DNA of 53,906 bases, from IMG/VR virus record IMGVR_UViG_3300033111_000121, positions 1 through 53,906 of that record; one strand, 5' to 3'. Every line of letters starts with the position of its first letter. Position 1 is the first letter of the stretch. Below the pieces are notes generated by a model, which searched no databases, was not told the DNA's origin, and saw only the letters and a program-made list of their open reading frames with translations. Origin of the DNA: a virus. A program made the position numbers and the translations under genes. This document shows, piece after piece, positions 52,331-53,906 of the stretch.

Positions 52331-52492
52331 ATGAGTGAACGACTCTCACCTCAAGACTGGAAGCCCAGACGCATCTACTACAACTGGCCGTACTACGGTC
52401 CAATCAACTCTCTCTGCCCTCGAGACAGGCCCAAGCCCATCGGGCGCTCGCGCCCGGTGTTGAGGACCATGAAGAGGGGGTTGCCGAAGTGA
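52331..52492 (+). CDS. Small basic protein, 53 aa, probably leaderless
   Basis: It has no SD, and the ATG sits at the predicted transcription start. It is the in-frame tail of track ORF 52307..52492. Confidence 0.45.
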   Translation: MSERLSPQDWKPRRIYYNWPYYGPINSLCPRDRPKPIGRSRPVLRTMKRGLPK

Positions 52493-52695
52493 TCAAGCAA
52501 TTCTCAAAAGGTTGTATGGACACAAGGAGAAACAGGTATGAGTACACTCCTTTTCCATGGCAACTTCGTCCAAAGGTTGACTGGTACAAGGTTGGCAGGA
52601 TGGTAGCCTTTGCTCTTCCTCCCATTGTTTGGGGAGCGCTCATTACCGCATTACCCTTCGCCTTCTTTGTTCTTCTTACCTGGATTGTGTCATGA
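52489..52695 (+). CDS. Small membrane protein, 68 aa
   Basis: GTGA overlap. Hydrophobic segment MVAFALPPIVWGALITALPFAFFVLLTWIV. Confidence 0.5.
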   Translation: MIKQFSKGCMDTRRNRYEYTPFPWQLRPKVDWYKVGRMVAFALPPIVWGALITALPFAFFVLLTWIVS

Positions 52696-53642
52696 CTAGG
52701 ATTCGTCGTACCAAGGCACAGCTTGAGCGCCACGACAACCTAGTTGCATCCCTGGTAGCTCAGTCAGCGCCCGTTAGCGTTCGCAACATCTACTACCAGT
52801 TGGTAGCGATGGGTGAGATCCCCAAGACGGAGAAGGCTTACAAGAACCTCGATGTTCGCATGGTCAAGATGCGCCGGAACGGCATGATCGCCTACTCGGA
52901 CATCGTGGATGCCGGCAGGGCTGGGCAGCACTACTACGGGGCTCGCCTGGGGCCTGAGGAGTGGCTCAGCGAGCGGATCGACAAGGGGTACAGGTCAGAC
53001 CCCTGGAATGAGGAAGAAGTCCCTCACGTCGAGATCTGGTGCGAGTCCAGCTCGGTCGCCGGCATGTTGAACAAGGTGGCCGTGGAGCACCGCATCTCGA
53101 TCACCGCCTGCCGTGGCTTCTCGAGTCTGACTCTGGCATACAACGGAGCCGGGGTCATGAACTGGAGGACCGAGGACCTCGACCGGCCGATCCGCATCCT
53201 CTACGTTGGGGACTACGATCCGGCCGGCGTCCTGATCGACCAGTCTCTCTTCCAGGAGCTATGCGACCATTGCAACAGTTGGCCCGAGATCACCCGCGTC
53301 GCGGTGAACGAGGAGCAGATCACGGAGATGAACCTCCCCACCCGTCCTCGCAAGCACACGGACCTCAGGGCTCAGCACATCCAGGAGACCGTCGAGACTG
53401 AGGCGATCCCGGCCGGGACCCTCCGCGAGATGGTTGCCGACGCGGTGAAGAAGCTGATCCCGGAGTGCGATGAGCGCCTTGAGAAGGCGACCGCCCTGGA
53501 CAGCGCCCGACGAGATCGATTTATTGGGCTCGTCAAACATATCAAGCCCTACGGGATCGAGGGGGCAATCGACAAGCTCAAGCTGAAAGAGCCACCGGCC
53601 GAAGATCCCTTTGCGGTCGTCGACCAGTTCGATTGGGCATGA
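52692..53642 (+). CDS. Spo11/Topo VI-A-like protein (5Y-CAP-like winged helix plus Toprim), 316 aa
   Basis: SVRNIYYQL resembles the catalytic-tyrosine motif. VEIWCESSSVAG supplies the Toprim Glu and ILYVGDYDPAGVLI the DxD. TVETEAIP follows. ATGA overlap with the upstream gene. Confidence 0.6.
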   Translation: MTRIRRTKAQLERHDNLVASLVAQSAPVSVRNIYYQLVAMGEIPKTEKAYKNLDVRMVKMRRNGMIAYSDIVDAGRAGQHYYGARLGPEEWLSERIDKGYRSDPWNEEEVPHVEIWCESSSVAGMLNKVAVEHRISITACRGFSSLTLAYNGAGVMNWRTEDLDRPIRILYVGDYDPAGVLIDQSLFQELCDHCNSWPEITRVAVNEEQITEMNLPTRPRKHTDLRAQHIQETVETEAIPAGTLREMVADAVKKLIPECDERLEKATALDSARRDRFIGLVKHIKPYGIEGAIDKLKLKEPPAEDPFAVVDQFDWA

Positions 53643-53866
53643 ACTGTTCCTGGCAAAGCATCGTTGTTTGGTCAAGCAAGTCTGGTGAACGATATCTCAG
53701 GCAGCGTTGTAAGTGCGGGGCGCGTCGAGATATGCGATTCAATCCAGACGGTTCAACGGAGCCCGCTTTGCACCCTGAATGCCTATCTAACCCCATAGTT
53801 TCACCTCAACCCGTGGACCTCGATGAGGAATCAGGTCCACAATCCTCACAGACAGCACCCTCATAG
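53639..53866 (+). CDS. Small Cys-containing protein, 75 aa
   Basis: ATGA overlap with the upstream stop. Contains NCSW...CKCG. Confidence 0.45.
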   Translation: MNCSWQSIVVWSSKSGERYLRQRCKCGARRDMRFNPDGSTEPALHPECLSNPIVSPQPVDLDEESGPQSSQTAPS

Positions 53867-53906
53867 CTCGAGGGAATAGGTCTTGGAGTCGGTCGGAATG
53901 AGGTGT
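53787..53906 (-). CDS. 3-prime end of the junction-spanning fiber-like CDS (continues from nt 1)
   Basis: Manual translation across the junction ends ...LSVRIVDLIPHRGPRVEVKLWG, with TAG at 53789-53787. Confidence 0.6.
   Translation of the reverse strand, partial: TPHSDRLQDLFPRAMRVLSVRIVDLIPHRGPRVEVKLWG
53852..53906. repeat. Terminal 55-nt identity with 1..55
   Basis: Read directly. Confidence 0.9.

Noticed and set aside
1-53906. Genome-wide TAG reassignment (alternative genetic code)
   Set aside because: Many well-supported genes terminate with TAG (ends at 4697, 14094, 14365, 18800, 19849, 21195, 21940, 22674, 32151, 32809, 36308). I found only one in-frame TAG.
53852-53906. The 55-nt terminal repeat as a biological direct terminal repeat or cos end
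   Set aside because: Its length equals a common assembler k-mer, and a long ORF reads seamlessly across the junction. It most likely marks circular closure of the assembly.
1-53906. CRISPR array, diversity-generating retroelement, integrase or lysogeny module
   Set aside because: No spaced direct-repeat array, reverse transcriptase-like ORF, or tyrosine or serine recombinase motif was seen in any long ORF.

Overview
The window is a complete, circularly closing genome of a tailed dsDNA phage. Nucleotides 1-55 are identical to 53852-53906, so the unique length is about 53,851 bp. It has an HK97-type head module (HNH, major capsid, connector, portal, S78-type protease at 46.7-51.8 kb). A separate packaging and tail-tube module sits at 16.1-32.8 kb: P27-type TerS, TerL, tube-like proteins, chaperones with a GGGAAAC -1 frameshift, and a 3061-aa tape measure protein. 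A replication, recombination and lysis block lies at 33.4-40.3 kb (AEP prim-pol, SF2 helicase, Sak4-like ATPase, PD-(D/E)xK nuclease, MazG, holin candidate, GH24 lysozyme). It also has one tRNA(CAU), a tail-tip cluster at 41.9-46.8 kb, and two divergent early operons of small genes at 4.8-15.6 kb. A roughly 1140-aa fiber-like gene on the minus strand crosses the contig junction and is missing from the ORF track. I saw no integrase, reverse transcriptase or CRISPR array. The best candidates for something new are: (1) a self-contained cassette at 52.3-53.9 kb with a perfect sigma70 promoter, a leaderless small ORF, a membrane protein, a Spo11/Topo VI-A-like protein and a Zn-ribbon protein; (2) an inverted second small-terminase paralogue head to head with terS; (3) a duplicated EF-hand module at the C-terminus of the giant, compositionally mosaic tape measure protein; (4) an amber-interrupted gene next to an atypical tRNA; (5) two hairpins with a shared core and compensatory stems; (6) a virion-cluster metzincin; (7) a coupled PLD-like/RHH gene pair. 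Every functional call rests on motif reading by eye, with no database search.
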